From a virus, in IMG/VR virus record IMGVR_UViG_3300033553_000338, positions 64,001 to 128,000 of that record: a stretch of 64,000 bases of DNA. The stretch is one strand, 5' to 3'. Under the pieces are notes generated by a model that searched no databases, was not told the origin of the DNA, and worked only from the letters and a program-made list of their open reading frames with translations. This document shows, piece by piece, positions 35,160 through 45,243 of this stretch. The position numbers and the translations under genes were made by a program. Numbering within the stretch: position 1 is the first letter of the stretch; each line of letters opens with the position of its first letter.

Positions 35160-37424
35160 ATGATTTTAAAAGACACCATCCTCCGTGAAGTATCGGGGGA
35201 TATCACCAACACAGTTACAGAGAGTAAAATCAACGCCTCTAAATTCTCAAAGTTATTTGGGATCCTGTCAGGTATGTATGCAGACATCAAGGGGGCAATC
35301 ATTCAGGAGTATGTTTCAAATGCCTGGGATGCCCATAAAGCTAAGGGCAACATGGAAGATCCTATTCTGATCACTTTTGATCTGGAGGATGACATGACTG
35401 AAACGTACTCCCTCACCATTACAGACATGGGAATTGGCATGTCAGATGAGACCATGAACAAGGTGTACTTCAACTACCTGGAAACTACCAAGGAGGATTC
35501 AAATGAGTTCATTGGAGCTTTTGGATTGGGCTGCAAGTGTGCCTTGGCCTATACGGAATCTTTCGAGATTACCACGACTCAGGATGGGGTGAAGAACCAT
35601 TACATTTTTTTCAAGAATGGGTTTGGTATCCCTTCGCATACCCGGGTTTACTCGGAGATCACCGATGAAGGTTCCGGAACATCCATTAAAATCCCTGTAA
35701 AGGGCGCTGATTACATGAGTTTTAAGAGTTTGCTGGAGACTAAGCTGTACTTCTTCCCGAATGTGGTTCTTGAGTCCAATTTCTATACGCCCAGTGTAAA
35801 ATTACCTGTATTTATGGGAAAGAACTTCATGTTCTCGCCAGACTACGTTAAAAGGCCCTATCAGTATAAGAATCACTCTTCTCCGGGTTGCGTAGTTGTA
35901 GGAAATGTAGCTTATCCACGTTTCCCAGGTGACAACATCCACATGGAGATTGCGGTCAAGCTTGCTATTGGGGATGTGACGCTGACTCCTTCACGGGAAA
36001 GCATTGAGGATTCCACGGAAAACCGGGAAATCATCAATACCCGGATTAAGGAGGCCTATGCAGAAATACTGGGACTTAAAAATGCTACGATCCAGGATGC
36101 TTCTACATTTACGGAGTTGGTAGAAATGTACAGAACGATAAGTTTTAGTCAACTTGAATTTAAAGATGTTGTAGGTAATGTAACGTATCTTTTATCAATG
36201 CGGGATGTAAGTAATGGGGTTAAAAGGCCCACCCTTATTGGGGGAGATTCGCGTATTAAGTTTGAGGAACTTGCAGGACGGTATCGGGAATTGCTAAGGC
36301 CTGTACCTCGGGTAATTAACAGTGAAACCCTCCGGGTTAAGAATGCTGACTCCTGTTTAGGCATAAATTCTTGTTTAAGTAACGTTGAACGAACTTACCT
36401 GGTAGATTCTGAAGACTGTGTTGAGGAGATTCCTTTAATCAAGCGAAAATACTTATGTAGAAATGCCTATAATGACATTATGTTTATTACACCGTGTCAT
36501 TACGATTATTTTCTGAAAGGGGAAGTTGGGGGGATAATGAGCATTGCCCAGAAAGCCAGAGTGTTCAAGCCCTACATAGACTACATAAAGGCAGCGTATG
36601 AAGTCAAGCACCTTGATGAGGTGATGGTACCTGAAAAATTTGAGAAGGCTGTCATTGAGGAGGAGATCGAGGACAAGGAAGCACGGGCTGCAAAGTCCCG
36701 AGAACTGAGGAAGGCACGAAAATTCGTGGCCTATAAAGTAGTTAATTGGAATGGCTCTCGGAATAACTACACTACCTTGAGATTATCTGCGGATGAACTG
36801 GTAAGAGAAAATAGGGGAAGAAGGGTTATCTACATCTGTGAAGATGAAAAGTCACAGGGGTTATTGGATGCGTATCAGATAAGCTATTCTATTCCAAGCA
36901 GCTGGCGTAATAAATACGACTTTATCTTTCTTGCAGCTCCCTCCAAACTCTTCCAAAAGGATATCGAAGGACTGGATCACGTAATGTCTATTCAGGAGTT
37001 CTATAACTCCAGATTCGTTCCTCTGAAAGGGTGGGCCAAAAATTATTACTACAGTCAGATTGAGTTTCATAGTGTATCCTACAACTTTAGGAACATCATT
37101 GGCACTCAGTATGATGCATTTGATGCATTGAAGCCAAAGGAGCCAAATTTAAGGCACCCTGATAGTAACTACATCATTAATGCTATGATTAGGGCTGAGT
37201 ATAAGATGGAGGATTTCTATGATCTGAAAGCGTATGACGAAGCTTTCGCTCAAATATCCAAGGTGATTGACAACCTTTGGAGTGTAGCTTCAGTGTTAGG
37301 GGTAGGATCTTTTAACTATCAGAGCTCAAAGGGGATTTACTTAATTGCAAAGCTCCTTATCCGTTTAGGAATTCGAATTGACAATAAACTATACACATTT
37401 TACAACGAAGAAAGGTTTAAATAA
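35160..37424 (+). CDS. rIIA: rIIA-like protein (GHKL ATPase domain)
   Basis: EYVSNAWDAH, DMGIGMS, IGAFGLGCK and TPSRESI; followed by an rIIB-like gene. Confidence 0.88.
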   Translation: MILKDTILREVSGDITNTVTESKINASKFSKLFGILSGMYADIKGAIIQEYVSNAWDAHKAKGNMEDPILITFDLEDDMTETYSLTITDMGIGMSDETMNKVYFNYLETTKEDSNEFIGAFGLGCKCALAYTESFEITTTQDGVKNHYIFFKNGFGIPSHTRVYSEITDEGSGTSIKIPVKGADYMSFKSLLETKLYFFPNVVLESNFYTPSVKLPVFMGKNFMFSPDYVKRPYQYKNHSSPGCVVVGNVAYPRFPGDNIHMEIAVKLAIGDVTLTPSRESIEDSTENREIINTRIKEAYAEILGLKNATIQDASTFTELVEMYRTISFSQLEFKDVVGNVTYLLSMRDVSNGVKRPTLIGGDSRIKFEELAGRYRELLRPVPRVINSETLRVKNADSCLGINSCLSNVERTYLVDSEDCVEEIPLIKRKYLCRNAYNDIMFITPCHYDYFLKGEVGGIMSIAQKARVFKPYIDYIKAAYEVKHLDEVMVPEKFEKAVIEEEIEDKEARAAKSRELRKARKFVAYKVVNWNGSRNNYTTLRLSADELVRENRGRRVIYICEDEKSQGLLDAYQISYSIPSSWRNKYDFIFLAAPSKLFQKDIEGLDHVMSIQEFYNSRFVPLKGWAKNYYYSQIEFHSVSYNFRNIIGTQYDAFDALKPKEPNLRHPDSNYIINAMIRAEYKMEDFYDLKAYDEAFAQISKVIDNLWSVASVLGVGSFNYQSSKGIYLIAKLLIRLGIRIDNKLYTFYNEERFK

Positions 37425-38659
37425 TGAAAGTATCATTAGTACGTATTGGAAGTAACGCCATTGTCTCTTTGGACAAAAAGAGTGTTACCTTACCGATTTC
37501 CAGTGAACTATTTTATAAGGTTCTGGAGGATAAGGTAAGAGAGTATCAACGTGATCTGGATAAGATCCTAAACGTTGGCAGTATTTCAAGATTCCTGGAC
37601 AAGGTATTCCCGGATCGGGTTTCAGAACGGGTTGCGAAAGCATCTTCCCTGATGGTCAATTACCTGGTGGAGCCGGATGTAATCCTGAAAGCTGCCAATG
37701 CACAGATCCTGAAAAATTACTCAAGTGATTTCATAGTGGACTCTTCGGATAATGTGTATTACAAAAATCTTCAAGAGCCATTCCCAAAGATTTTGGTGGA
37801 TACATTGGTCGGTGTGGCTTCAGGAGATGACACTGCTTACACCATTGAGTCTCTGGTGATGTTCTGGCAAGTTCTGTCCCTGAACCCCGATAAACATATC
37901 CGGAATGGACTGTTTACCTGGCTTCTGGATAATGGATTTAGTATTACCCACGAAGGGAACATCATCTCTTACAGGGATGTAGATGAGAAATCTGCTGATG
38001 AAAATCCATTACATCAATTTCTGTTTGAGTACTTCTTAAATGCAAAGCGATGGAAAAAAAATCCAAAAAAATGCCTGATCTACAAAAAACCCGATGAAAG
38101 TTATTACTTTCGCGACATCTCCAAGCCCTCAAACAGGTATAAAAGTTTTGAGCTGTTAGGCACACTGGAGGAATTGTATGAAAAAGCCATTAAGGAATCC
38201 AAAACAATTTACACAGATCAGCGAACTGGATCCATGGATATTCTGATTGGTTCACCAGTGAAGATGAAACGTTCTAATTGTGACAACAACCAGGATAATT
38301 CGTGTTCTGCCGGCTTACACCAGAAGAGCCATAAGTACACTTACAGCTTTGGGGAAATCACGCTGACTTGTTTGGTAAGTCCTTTTCATGTTGTCGCTAT
38401 CCCTATTGGGGAGCCTCAGAAGTTTAGATGTTGCCAGTACCTCCCAGTGGGCCTGACCAAAAAGATAAATGGTTCAGTTGTTCCATTCAAGTCAGGTACC
38501 TTTGAGATCAGCTACAATGGGATTGAGGATATCCAAGAGGAGCTGGAGCATGCAAAAGCTTTAGGAGTAATCTCAGAAGAGCATACCAAAGAGTCTGCCA
38601 TTTCTGTACTGAATCAATACCGGGAGTACATCAAACGTTCTTCTATCGAAGTTCAGTAA
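37424..38659 (+). CDS. rIIB: rIIB-like protein
   Basis: FWQVLSLNP...LFTWL...CDNNQDNSCSAGLH...VSPFHVVAIP...KFRCCQY. Confidence 0.85.
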   Translation: MKVSLVRIGSNAIVSLDKKSVTLPISSELFYKVLEDKVREYQRDLDKILNVGSISRFLDKVFPDRVSERVAKASSLMVNYLVEPDVILKAANAQILKNYSSDFIVDSSDNVYYKNLQEPFPKILVDTLVGVASGDDTAYTIESLVMFWQVLSLNPDKHIRNGLFTWLLDNGFSITHEGNIISYRDVDEKSADENPLHQFLFEYFLNAKRWKKNPKKCLIYKKPDESYYFRDISKPSNRYKSFELLGTLEELYEKAIKESKTIYTDQRTGSMDILIGSPVKMKRSNCDNNQDNSCSAGLHQKSHKYTYSFGEITLTCLVSPFHVVAIPIGEPQKFRCCQYLPVGLTKKINGSVVPFKSGTFEISYNGIEDIQEELEHAKALGVISEEHTKESAISVLNQYREYIKRSSIEVQ

Positions 38660-38698
38660 TTCGTATAATAAAACTGTATCAGCTAATCTTAACATGGA

Positions 38699-39079
38699 TT
38701 GGCTGGTACTTTAAACACTAAAATACCGATGAGTAGTAAAGAGAAAAATTCAAAAGAGGATATTATCAAGGGTAATGTTCAGATGGGCAGGTACCTGACG
38801 GGAGGGACTGGGTTATTCTGGTTACCTCAGTTCACAGAATCTTCAGGCAATGACCAATTCCTGCCCTATGAATTGAAATTCCATGAGGACATCCGGTGGA
38901 TCTGGGCCGTACTGACCAAAGCATCGAATGAGGGGGTTTCTTTCCAGATCCAGAAGCACTTCTGTAAGCTGGATAGACCAGGATTTACAGTCATCTCTCG
39001 GGATGATACGAGTACTGTATTGGCCATGTGGTCCGCTTTAAAGGATTACCTGGCTTATATTGAAGTTAATAATAGATAA
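38699..39079 (+). CDS. Hypothetical protein (SWDWL-like paralog)
   Basis: KGNVQMGRYL...LKFHEDIRWIWAVL. Confidence 0.65.
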   Translation: MAGTLNTKIPMSSKEKNSKEDIIKGNVQMGRYLTGGTGLFWLPQFTESSGNDQFLPYELKFHEDIRWIWAVLTKASNEGVSFQIQKHFCKLDRPGFTVISRDDTSTVLAMWSALKDYLAYIEVNNR

Positions 39080-39326
39080 AATCAAATATATGCCTAACCC
39101 AGTAACAGACCTTCCGCTGCTTAAAAGAATGGAAGCAGACGGCCACATTGAACTCCATGCTCATACCGGAAAGAAAGTAGAAACCCTTTACGGTGCCAAG
39201 ATCACTTGTTGGTACATTCAAGGCATCAAAGATGGAGGCTGGCGATTTACGTATAATCGTAAATCATACGAAGAAAAATATGTAGATGGGAGCTTTTACC
39301 CATATCTAGTTGAATCTAAAAATTAA
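39060..39326 (+). CDS. Hypothetical protein
   Basis: ORF in operon order. Confidence 0.65.
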   Translation: MKLIIDKIKYMPNPVTDLPLLKRMEADGHIELHAHTGKKVETLYGAKITCWYIQGIKDGGWRFTYNRKSYEEKYVDGSFYPYLVESKN

Positions 39327-39331
39327 TTGCT

Positions 39332-39547
39332 ATGAGTTTATCCAAAGTAGTGTGGGAAGGTTGGACAGTTCAGCATTTCGTGGATGACCTGCAACCGACA
39401 CTTGAAATGATCCAGCATAACCGTAGTTGCCACAGGCCACTAAAAACAAAAGCGGAGCTTAAAGAGTGGTGTATGGAGAACCAGCCCTACTATAAAAAGC
39501 ACATTCCAGCTGTGGTTAATCACTTTGCTAAAAAATACAATCTTTAA
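39332..39547 (+). CDS. Hypothetical protein
   Basis: ORF in operon order. Confidence 0.65.
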   Translation: MSLSKVVWEGWTVQHFVDDLQPTLEMIQHNRSCHRPLKTKAELKEWCMENQPYYKKHIPAVVNHFAKKYNL

Positions 39548-39550
39548 GAG

Positions 39551-39758
39551 TATGACAAAAGAATTAAAAATAGCATTTGAAAAAATCAGGGAATACCATC
39601 CGGAAGTAACCATGGTGGTATTCAATGTGATGGGACAATGGTTCTACTCTAACGATAGTTTTGAGGCACCATCGTTTGATGGCATGATAGATCAGGCGAT
39701 ACTGGAAGACGCAGCAGATTCGATTGACACACTTCCAAGCGTATACCGCTATGAATAA
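39551..39758 (+). CDS. Hypothetical protein
   Basis: Likely start MTKELK. Confidence 0.6.
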
Positions 39759-39936
39759 TAACTCAAGACCCTCCTCTGCCGGCAGATGTCGATGCGGTCG
39801 GTACATGACGCTTGGTGAGGAGGCAATGGGAATTCGCGGGATTGGTTATGAATGTCCTAATTGCTTTCACCATAGGCATACAACACCATTAACCAGTGAG
39901 GAATACTATGAACAGATCCGGCGTGTATTTAGGTAA
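39751..39936 (+). CDS. Small zinc-ribbon protein
   Basis: CRCG...CPNC. Confidence 0.55.
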   Translation: MNNNSRPSSAGRCRCGRYMTLGEEAMGIRGIGYECPNCFHHRHTTPLTSEEYYEQIRRVFR

Positions 39937-40007
39937 TTTAAAACTAAGCACAACAGCATCTATTGAATACTTTTCGAAAATTAATTTAATCAGTAAAATC
40001 AAATACT

Positions 40008-41165
40008 TTGGAAACTTTACAACAAACAAAACAAGTATCAATCTACGGCCTGGACACAAAAGGCAACGTAAAAGTAAAAACCTTTCATGCAGAGGATGAT
40101 AAGTTTATCACTCGTTATGGCCGGTTAAGTGGTAAAATGACACCTTCGATCAAGCAGTGCCATGATAAAAACATTGGTAAAGCCAATGAGTCCCTGGCAA
40201 ATGATCAGGCCATTCAAATGGTGGGTCGCGGAGTAAAGAAGGACACTGAGCAGAATGGCTATTCCATCGTTCCGGAACACATTGTTTTGGAAGGGGAGGG
40301 TGCTATTGCTGAGTTCTTGTTGACCAGTGTGGTTGATGATACTCCAATGCTGGCCTATCCTTACAAAAAGGAAAAGGCTGATTACAAAAGAGGGATCCTT
40401 GCTTCCAGAAAACTGGACGGGATCCGGTGTGTTGCTATTTTCCGTAACGGAAAGCTTAAACTGCAATCACGTAAGCAAAAGCCTATTGATACCATGCCCC
40501 ATATCGTAAAGGAGCTGGAACCTGTAATGAGGGCTGTTTGCGTTGCTGGTGGAATCGATGAGCTGCGGTTGGACGGTGAGTTATACAATCACGACTACCG
40601 GGATGATTTTGAGGAACTGGTAAGTGCCGTTAAGAAATACCAGCCCGGAGTCTCTGAACTTCTGCAGTACAACATATATGGCATCATTGACTTTGAGTTA
40701 TGTGCCTTGGACCGTTACGGAGTTCAGAAAATGTTCTTCAACGACCTGGACACCTGTAAGGTTGTTGAGCAAATTGAAGTATCCTCTTATGAGGAACTGA
40801 TGGTACTGCATAAGCAGTGGACATCTGAGGGCTATGAAGGTGCTATGGCACTGGATGCCATGAGCTTGTATGAGCAAAAACGATCATACAACCTGATGAA
40901 GGTTAAAGAATTCATTACCGAGGAATTTAAAATCGTTGATGTCGTTGGAATGGATGCAAGACCTGATCTGGCCATGATGGTTCTGGAAGTTCCTGAGAAA
41001 GGTACTTTCCGTGCAACTCCTAAGTGTGATGAAACCAAGAAAGCCTGGTATTTACAAAACCGAGATCAAATCATTGGTAAGCAAGGAACTGTTCAGTATT
41101 TCAGTTACACCAAATCAGGTATGCCAAGGTTGCCGGTCTTTTTGACTGTCCGTGACTACGAATAG
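40008..41165 (+). CDS. ATP-dependent DNA ligase
   Basis: PMLA, KLDGIR, LDGELY, EGYEGAM, LMKVK and GMPRLPVF. Confidence 0.93.
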   Translation: METLQQTKQVSIYGLDTKGNVKVKTFHAEDDKFITRYGRLSGKMTPSIKQCHDKNIGKANESLANDQAIQMVGRGVKKDTEQNGYSIVPEHIVLEGEGAIAEFLLTSVVDDTPMLAYPYKKEKADYKRGILASRKLDGIRCVAIFRNGKLKLQSRKQKPIDTMPHIVKELEPVMRAVCVAGGIDELRLDGELYNHDYRDDFEELVSAVKKYQPGVSELLQYNIYGIIDFELCALDRYGVQKMFFNDLDTCKVVEQIEVSSYEELMVLHKQWTSEGYEGAMALDAMSLYEQKRSYNLMKVKEFITEEFKIVDVVGMDARPDLAMMVLEVPEKGTFRATPKCDETKKAWYLQNRDQIIGKQGTVQYFSYTKSGMPRLPVFLTVRDYE

Positions 41166-41228
41166 AAAACCAGAGATAAAGCACCATCATTCAGGTGGTT
41201 GCTTTATTCTTTACTTAAAACCAACCAA

Positions 41229-41546
41229 ATGGAAATTGAAAAAACTCTTGTCCTGTCTACTGGACATTTAAGGGACGATGAATACAACTTACTTGAGTAC
41301 TATGCATCAAAGGATTGTCTGGATATACCTTTCCGGATAATGTCGCATGAGTACGGGATTTTGATCTGCATTCTATCTTTTCAAAAAGACGATCCCACGG
41401 ATATGTTGGAGGATCTTCAAACAGTGAAGGAAAACTTCCCTTCGCTTTACCCTATATTCGAATATATGCAGAGTAATGAGATTCGGTATGTAGACTTTGA
41501 TCAGGATGGCCCTGAAGAAAAAGAATTTGAATTTTTTAATTGGTAG
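41229..41546 (+). CDS. Hypothetical protein (DUF5983-like)
   Basis: LVLSTGHL...FDQDGP. Confidence 0.6.
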   Translation: MEIEKTLVLSTGHLRDDEYNLLEYYASKDCLDIPFRIMSHEYGILICILSFQKDDPTDMLEDLQTVKENFPSLYPIFEYMQSNEIRYVDFDQDGPEEKEFEFFNW

Positions 41547-41791
41547 TTATGAGTAAGAATAAACTAAAATATACCACTGCATCCGGTTCGGAAGACTTTG
41601 GCTTAGAGTTCGAAAGTGATGAAGATCTTAGCTACTTCGATCTTGGTCTGGCGTACATCACGCTGCTTCACAAAGATAAATTTGCTGCAAAGCTGTATGT
41701 GTGGTTAGACGCAGAGATGAAAGACCGCCAATATATATTATCATTAATCACACCATCACTTACCTTGATATGCTTACTAAGTTTAAAGTGA
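41540..41791 (+). CDS. Hypothetical protein
   Basis: ORF in operon order. Confidence 0.5.
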   Translation: MVVMSKNKLKYTTASGSEDFGLEFESDEDLSYFDLGLAYITLLHKDKFAAKLYVWLDAEMKDRQYILSLITPSLTLICLLSLK

Positions 41792-42243
41792 CAGATTACA
41801 AGTCTTTGTCAGAGGCGTATAAAGGATGGAAGTATACTCCGGAAAATACTGGAGAGTCTTTAAATATTTGGGACATCCTTGACTTATGTGATGGTAACTT
41901 CAAATATGCTGATTTGGTGGCCTCTCGCGTGGAGTGGCAGCATCCGGCTACTTTGATTGATGAGGATCAATGCGAAGGAGAGGAAATTCCAGGAGCACCT
42001 ACTATTGTAGTTTATATAATTGGAGGTTGCTTGCAGTGGGTATCTAATAATATTCCTGGACTGCGTATTGGAGTTTTGGATGGGGATACCGAAAATTCTG
42101 ATGGTAGTGATGGAGTTCACACTATCGTATTCTCGGATGGTCCGGAAGAAGTGTATTGCTATCACGGGGACGTTAACGAATTCAATCCTGAATATGCAGA
42201 AGACCTATTTAATCAAATTTTTAAAGCTAAAGAAAATGGGTAA
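41701..42243 (+). CDS. Acidic hypothetical protein
   Basis: True start probably MLTKFKV. Confidence 0.65.
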   Translation: MVRRRDERPPIYIIINHTITYLDMLTKFKVTDYKSLSEAYKGWKYTPENTGESLNIWDILDLCDGNFKYADLVASRVEWQHPATLIDEDQCEGEEIPGAPTIVVYIIGGCLQWVSNNIPGLRIGVLDGDTENSDGSDGVHTIVFSDGPEEVYCYHGDVNEFNPEYAEDLFNQIFKAKENG

Positions 42244-42589
42244 CCCAAACATTGCAGATTTTTTAGTACAAAACTGGGAATCTGCTGTAATAGAAGCGCG
42301 TAAATACCTTGCTACAGTTGACGTTGATTTGGAAGCTATAGTAAGAAACGAATTTGATCCTGAGATTGATACTGATTACGGTGATGCAGAAGAGTACTTG
42401 GAAGATAGTTTGCTTGATATGCCAAGAATTACACTCTTTAATCAGTTCAATTATGAGTCCTACACCATCACAAAAATCAAGGATGGTCAAGTTTCTGGAA
42501 TTGGTATCCTTGAAACTGATGGATTGGTAACACAGAAAGTAGAAGAACTGTCCGGGGATACCATTCTTGAAATTCTTAAATACTTATAA
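42236..42589 (+). CDS. Acidic hypothetical protein
   Basis: ATG 42236 (MGNPNIA). Confidence 0.65.
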   Translation: MGNPNIADFLVQNWESAVIEARKYLATVDVDLEAIVRNEFDPEIDTDYGDAEEYLEDSLLDMPRITLFNQFNYESYTITKIKDGQVSGIGILETDGLVTQKVEELSGDTILEILKYL

Positions 42590-42591
42590 AG

Positions 42592-43110
42592 ATGGAGAGC
42601 ATTGTAACTGTAGACCAAGTAAAGGAAGTTTTAATATTTCTAGGGATCTATAAGGAATCTGTGGAAGAGTACGAATTGTACCAGGTCCCTGAGTTTGAGT
42701 TTATTGAGGATACCCCAGAAGCTCAGCATTTCTATACACTGGAAGATATGAAATTTGATTCTTCCTGGGACTGGTTGATGGTACTTATTCAAAAGATTAA
42801 AGGAACAGGAGTCTATGAAGGAGTACTTGGTGATCTTAAAGATTCTTTATGGGATGGAAATTTTGATGCAACCTACCAAGAAGCAATCAAGTTCATTAAA
42901 TGGTATGGGGATACCCGAATAAAAGTTGAAGACCCTAAAGAACGTCTGACTTACTCGGTAGACTACTATAATTCTGAAAATGAGATTATCCATAAGGAGG
43001 AGATTAGTGAAGATTCAGAAGATTTGGCCAAGGAACTTTTTTTAAACTCTGGGTTTGATATTGATGATTTGGAACGGTTGGAGATATTCAGATGTAAAAT
43101 ATACGAATAG
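42592..43110 (+). CDS. Hypothetical protein (SWDWL paralog)
   Basis: MKFDSSWDWLMVLIQKI...FIKWY. Confidence 0.7.
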   Translation: MESIVTVDQVKEVLIFLGIYKESVEEYELYQVPEFEFIEDTPEAQHFYTLEDMKFDSSWDWLMVLIQKIKGTGVYEGVLGDLKDSLWDGNFDATYQEAIKFIKWYGDTRIKVEDPKERLTYSVDYYNSENEIIHKEEISEDSEDLAKELFLNSGFDIDDLERLEIFRCKIYE

Positions 43111-43112
43111 CT

Positions 43113-43378
43113 ATGACAATAAGAGAAATTTTTGAACATCGGCTGGAAGAAGCTGGTGTTAAATATAAGCTGACTGATCTTGAAGACGGTTGGGTGCAGA
43201 CTCAGGTAGTTTATGAAGAGAAAGAAAGCACTAAACAATGGAACCGTGACATCTTAGCAGTTCAAGGCCTTATTTACCACTTCAGTAACCGGAAGTGGAT
43301 TATGGGGATAAATACATGTTTATTGGGCAGAATTTGCATACCTTTCGATTTAATGAAGATAAATCAACTCACGTATGA
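43113..43378 (+). CDS. Hypothetical protein, apparently frameshifted near 43290
   Basis: The alternative frame after AACCGG ends in a TGA overlapping the next ATG. Confidence 0.5.
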
Positions 43379-43731
43379 CACTCAGAGAAAGCACAAAACA
43401 CAAGGATGTAATCAAAGAAGGGAACAATCTGATAGCTGTATTCCTAGAATGGAAAATAGAAAAACTCCCTGCCTCATTAGGGGGTAATGATGGGTGGTTT
43501 TGTGATGGGGCTTATATGTGTGAGCTAGGTTTAGAGATGTTTAATACCTCTTGGGATTTGCTAATTCCTGTCATTGACGAAATCACATCGATGAAGGAGT
43601 ATTTTGAGTATAAGGATTACTCGACCGGAGTATTTTCAGAAGGTGGCATCCACATAAATACGAAGCACATCATTGAGACCTGGAAAGATGTTGTAAACTT
43701 CCTGAAATGGTATAATAAAAGAAAGGAGTAA
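43375..43731 (+). CDS. Hypothetical protein (SWDWL paralog)
   Basis: EGNNLIAVFL...FNTSWDLLIPVIDEI...FLKWYN. Confidence 0.7.
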   Translation: MTLRESTKHKDVIKEGNNLIAVFLEWKIEKLPASLGGNDGWFCDGAYMCELGLEMFNTSWDLLIPVIDEITSMKEYFEYKDYSTGVFSEGGIHINTKHIIETWKDVVNFLKWYNKRKE

Positions 43732-43734
43732 ACT

Positions 43735-44082
43735 ATGGAAAAGTCAAAAATAATTGAAGGAAACTGCCTGATTGCCAGGCACGGGGATGTACCCGAGAAA
43801 GATGGGATGTTTTACGTGCTGGAGGGTGAGTTACCCTTTGAAGAAGATGCATTGGAATACCACATGTCCTGGTGCTGGTTAATTCCCGAGGTAAGAAGGT
43901 TTCTCAATGATCTGGACTACTACAAAGTATTGACAAGACCTGCCCGTGACCTGATTTTTTCAAAGATACACAGAGCTCTGGGGGCATTGGATATTGTCCC
44001 CTTATGGAAAGAGCTGGTGGATGGTATTGAGCAATTCAATAAAGGTAAAACACAGGTTGGGACAGTATGGGATACTTTATAG
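43735..44082 (+). CDS. Hypothetical protein (SWDWL paralog)
   Basis: EGNCLIARH...YHMSWCWLIPEV. Confidence 0.7.
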   Translation: MEKSKIIEGNCLIARHGDVPEKDGMFYVLEGELPFEEDALEYHMSWCWLIPEVRRFLNDLDYYKVLTRPARDLIFSKIHRALGALDIVPLWKELVDGIEQFNKGKTQVGTVWDTL

Positions 44083-44267
44083 TGAAGAACAAGAAAGGAA
44101 AGCACAGTTCCCGGTCAGACTACAGAGGTAAGTTTACCTTGGAAGCTGAGGGGCTGGAAGTCCATACCCACTTTGGAAGAGAAGACTACGCAAATGCATG
44201 GGCAGGGTATTATAACAATGAATTTGGACAAGCTGAATTACGCAAACGTTTAGGATTAACACCATGA
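44067..44267 (+). CDS. Hypothetical protein
   Basis: Coupled ORF. Confidence 0.55.
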   Translation: MGYFIVKNKKGKHSSRSDYRGKFTLEAEGLEVHTHFGREDYANAWAGYYNNEFGQAELRKRLGLTP

Positions 44268-44857
44268 AATCAATAAAAAATTATACTGTACAAGCACAGA
44301 ATTGTCATGAGTTTCCTTTAGATCATGGCACGTTGCTGCACAAGGCAATGGAGCATATCCTAAAGAAGGAATATCAAGGCCTATTTGATAATACCCTACG
44401 AGAGACAAAAGGAACCGTGGAATCCACTCAGGGAGATCTGGATACGGTTTATTCCGTTGCATCATTGTATGCTAATTTTGCGGAGGATCCCAAAAAGGCA
44501 GAAGCATTTCTGTTAAAGTGTTTTGAAAGTGTTTACCCTGATCACTTTGATATCAATTGGAAATGTACCGATCCTGACTCAAAACAATATCTACTTGAAG
44601 TCTCCCCGAAAGTTTTCAAGTTCCAGGAATGGAGACTTGTAAATCCTGACACTGAGGAGTGTGCTTTCTACTCTACTGAGATTGACCTCAACGATTATGA
44701 AATTGAGGAGATGTGGGAAGCTGTCCGAACATTTGGGTATCCTAAAGATACTTTCAATCAATGGATGCAGGATGGATCTCAAAATGCTCTTATTGCAGAG
44801 TGTATCTTTGAATTGGATGAAGATCAAGATTATAATGAACCCTATTTAAAATTTTAA
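44264..44857 (+). CDS. Hypothetical protein
   Basis: WKCTDPD...IDLNDY...IAECIFE. Confidence 0.7.
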   Translation: MKSIKNYTVQAQNCHEFPLDHGTLLHKAMEHILKKEYQGLFDNTLRETKGTVESTQGDLDTVYSVASLYANFAEDPKKAEAFLLKCFESVYPDHFDINWKCTDPDSKQYLLEVSPKVFKFQEWRLVNPDTEECAFYSTEIDLNDYEIEEMWEAVRTFGYPKDTFNQWMQDGSQNALIAECIFELDEDQDYNEPYLKF

Positions 44858-44862
44858 ATTTC

Positions 44863-45243
44863 ATGAAAAAAGCTATCGACAAATTGGATGACCCTAAGCT
44901 GTACAAAGGGTTACACACCAGCACATTAATCAAGTCTTGTCAGGATTATAAGGATGCCCAGGGAGAGGCTGATCGTTGCTTCCTAATTACCACAAAGTAT
45001 CTGAGATCCCTTAACATTGACTTCATTGAAGCCTTTGGGAGTAATTACTCTAAGCTGGTTCAGGTGAAGGATCCGATGGGTACCGAAAGTGAAGAAACTT
45101 ATTACGTCACCGGGATCTCCGGGGGTGCGTTTCAACTTCAGTCAAAGGAAGATCCCAGTGATACCCCTACCAGAAGGATCCTTATGGATGAAGGCTTACT
45201 TCTTGAGGTTTTTGAGTTGGTAATCCAAACACGGTCAAAGTAA
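44863..45243 (+). CDS. Hypothetical protein
   Basis: ORF in operon order. Confidence 0.65.
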   Translation: MKKAIDKLDDPKLYKGLHTSTLIKSCQDYKDAQGEADRCFLITTKYLRSLNIDFIEAFGSNYSKLVQVKDPMGTESEETYYVTGISGGAFQLQSKEDPSDTPTRRILMDEGLLLEVFELVIQTRSK

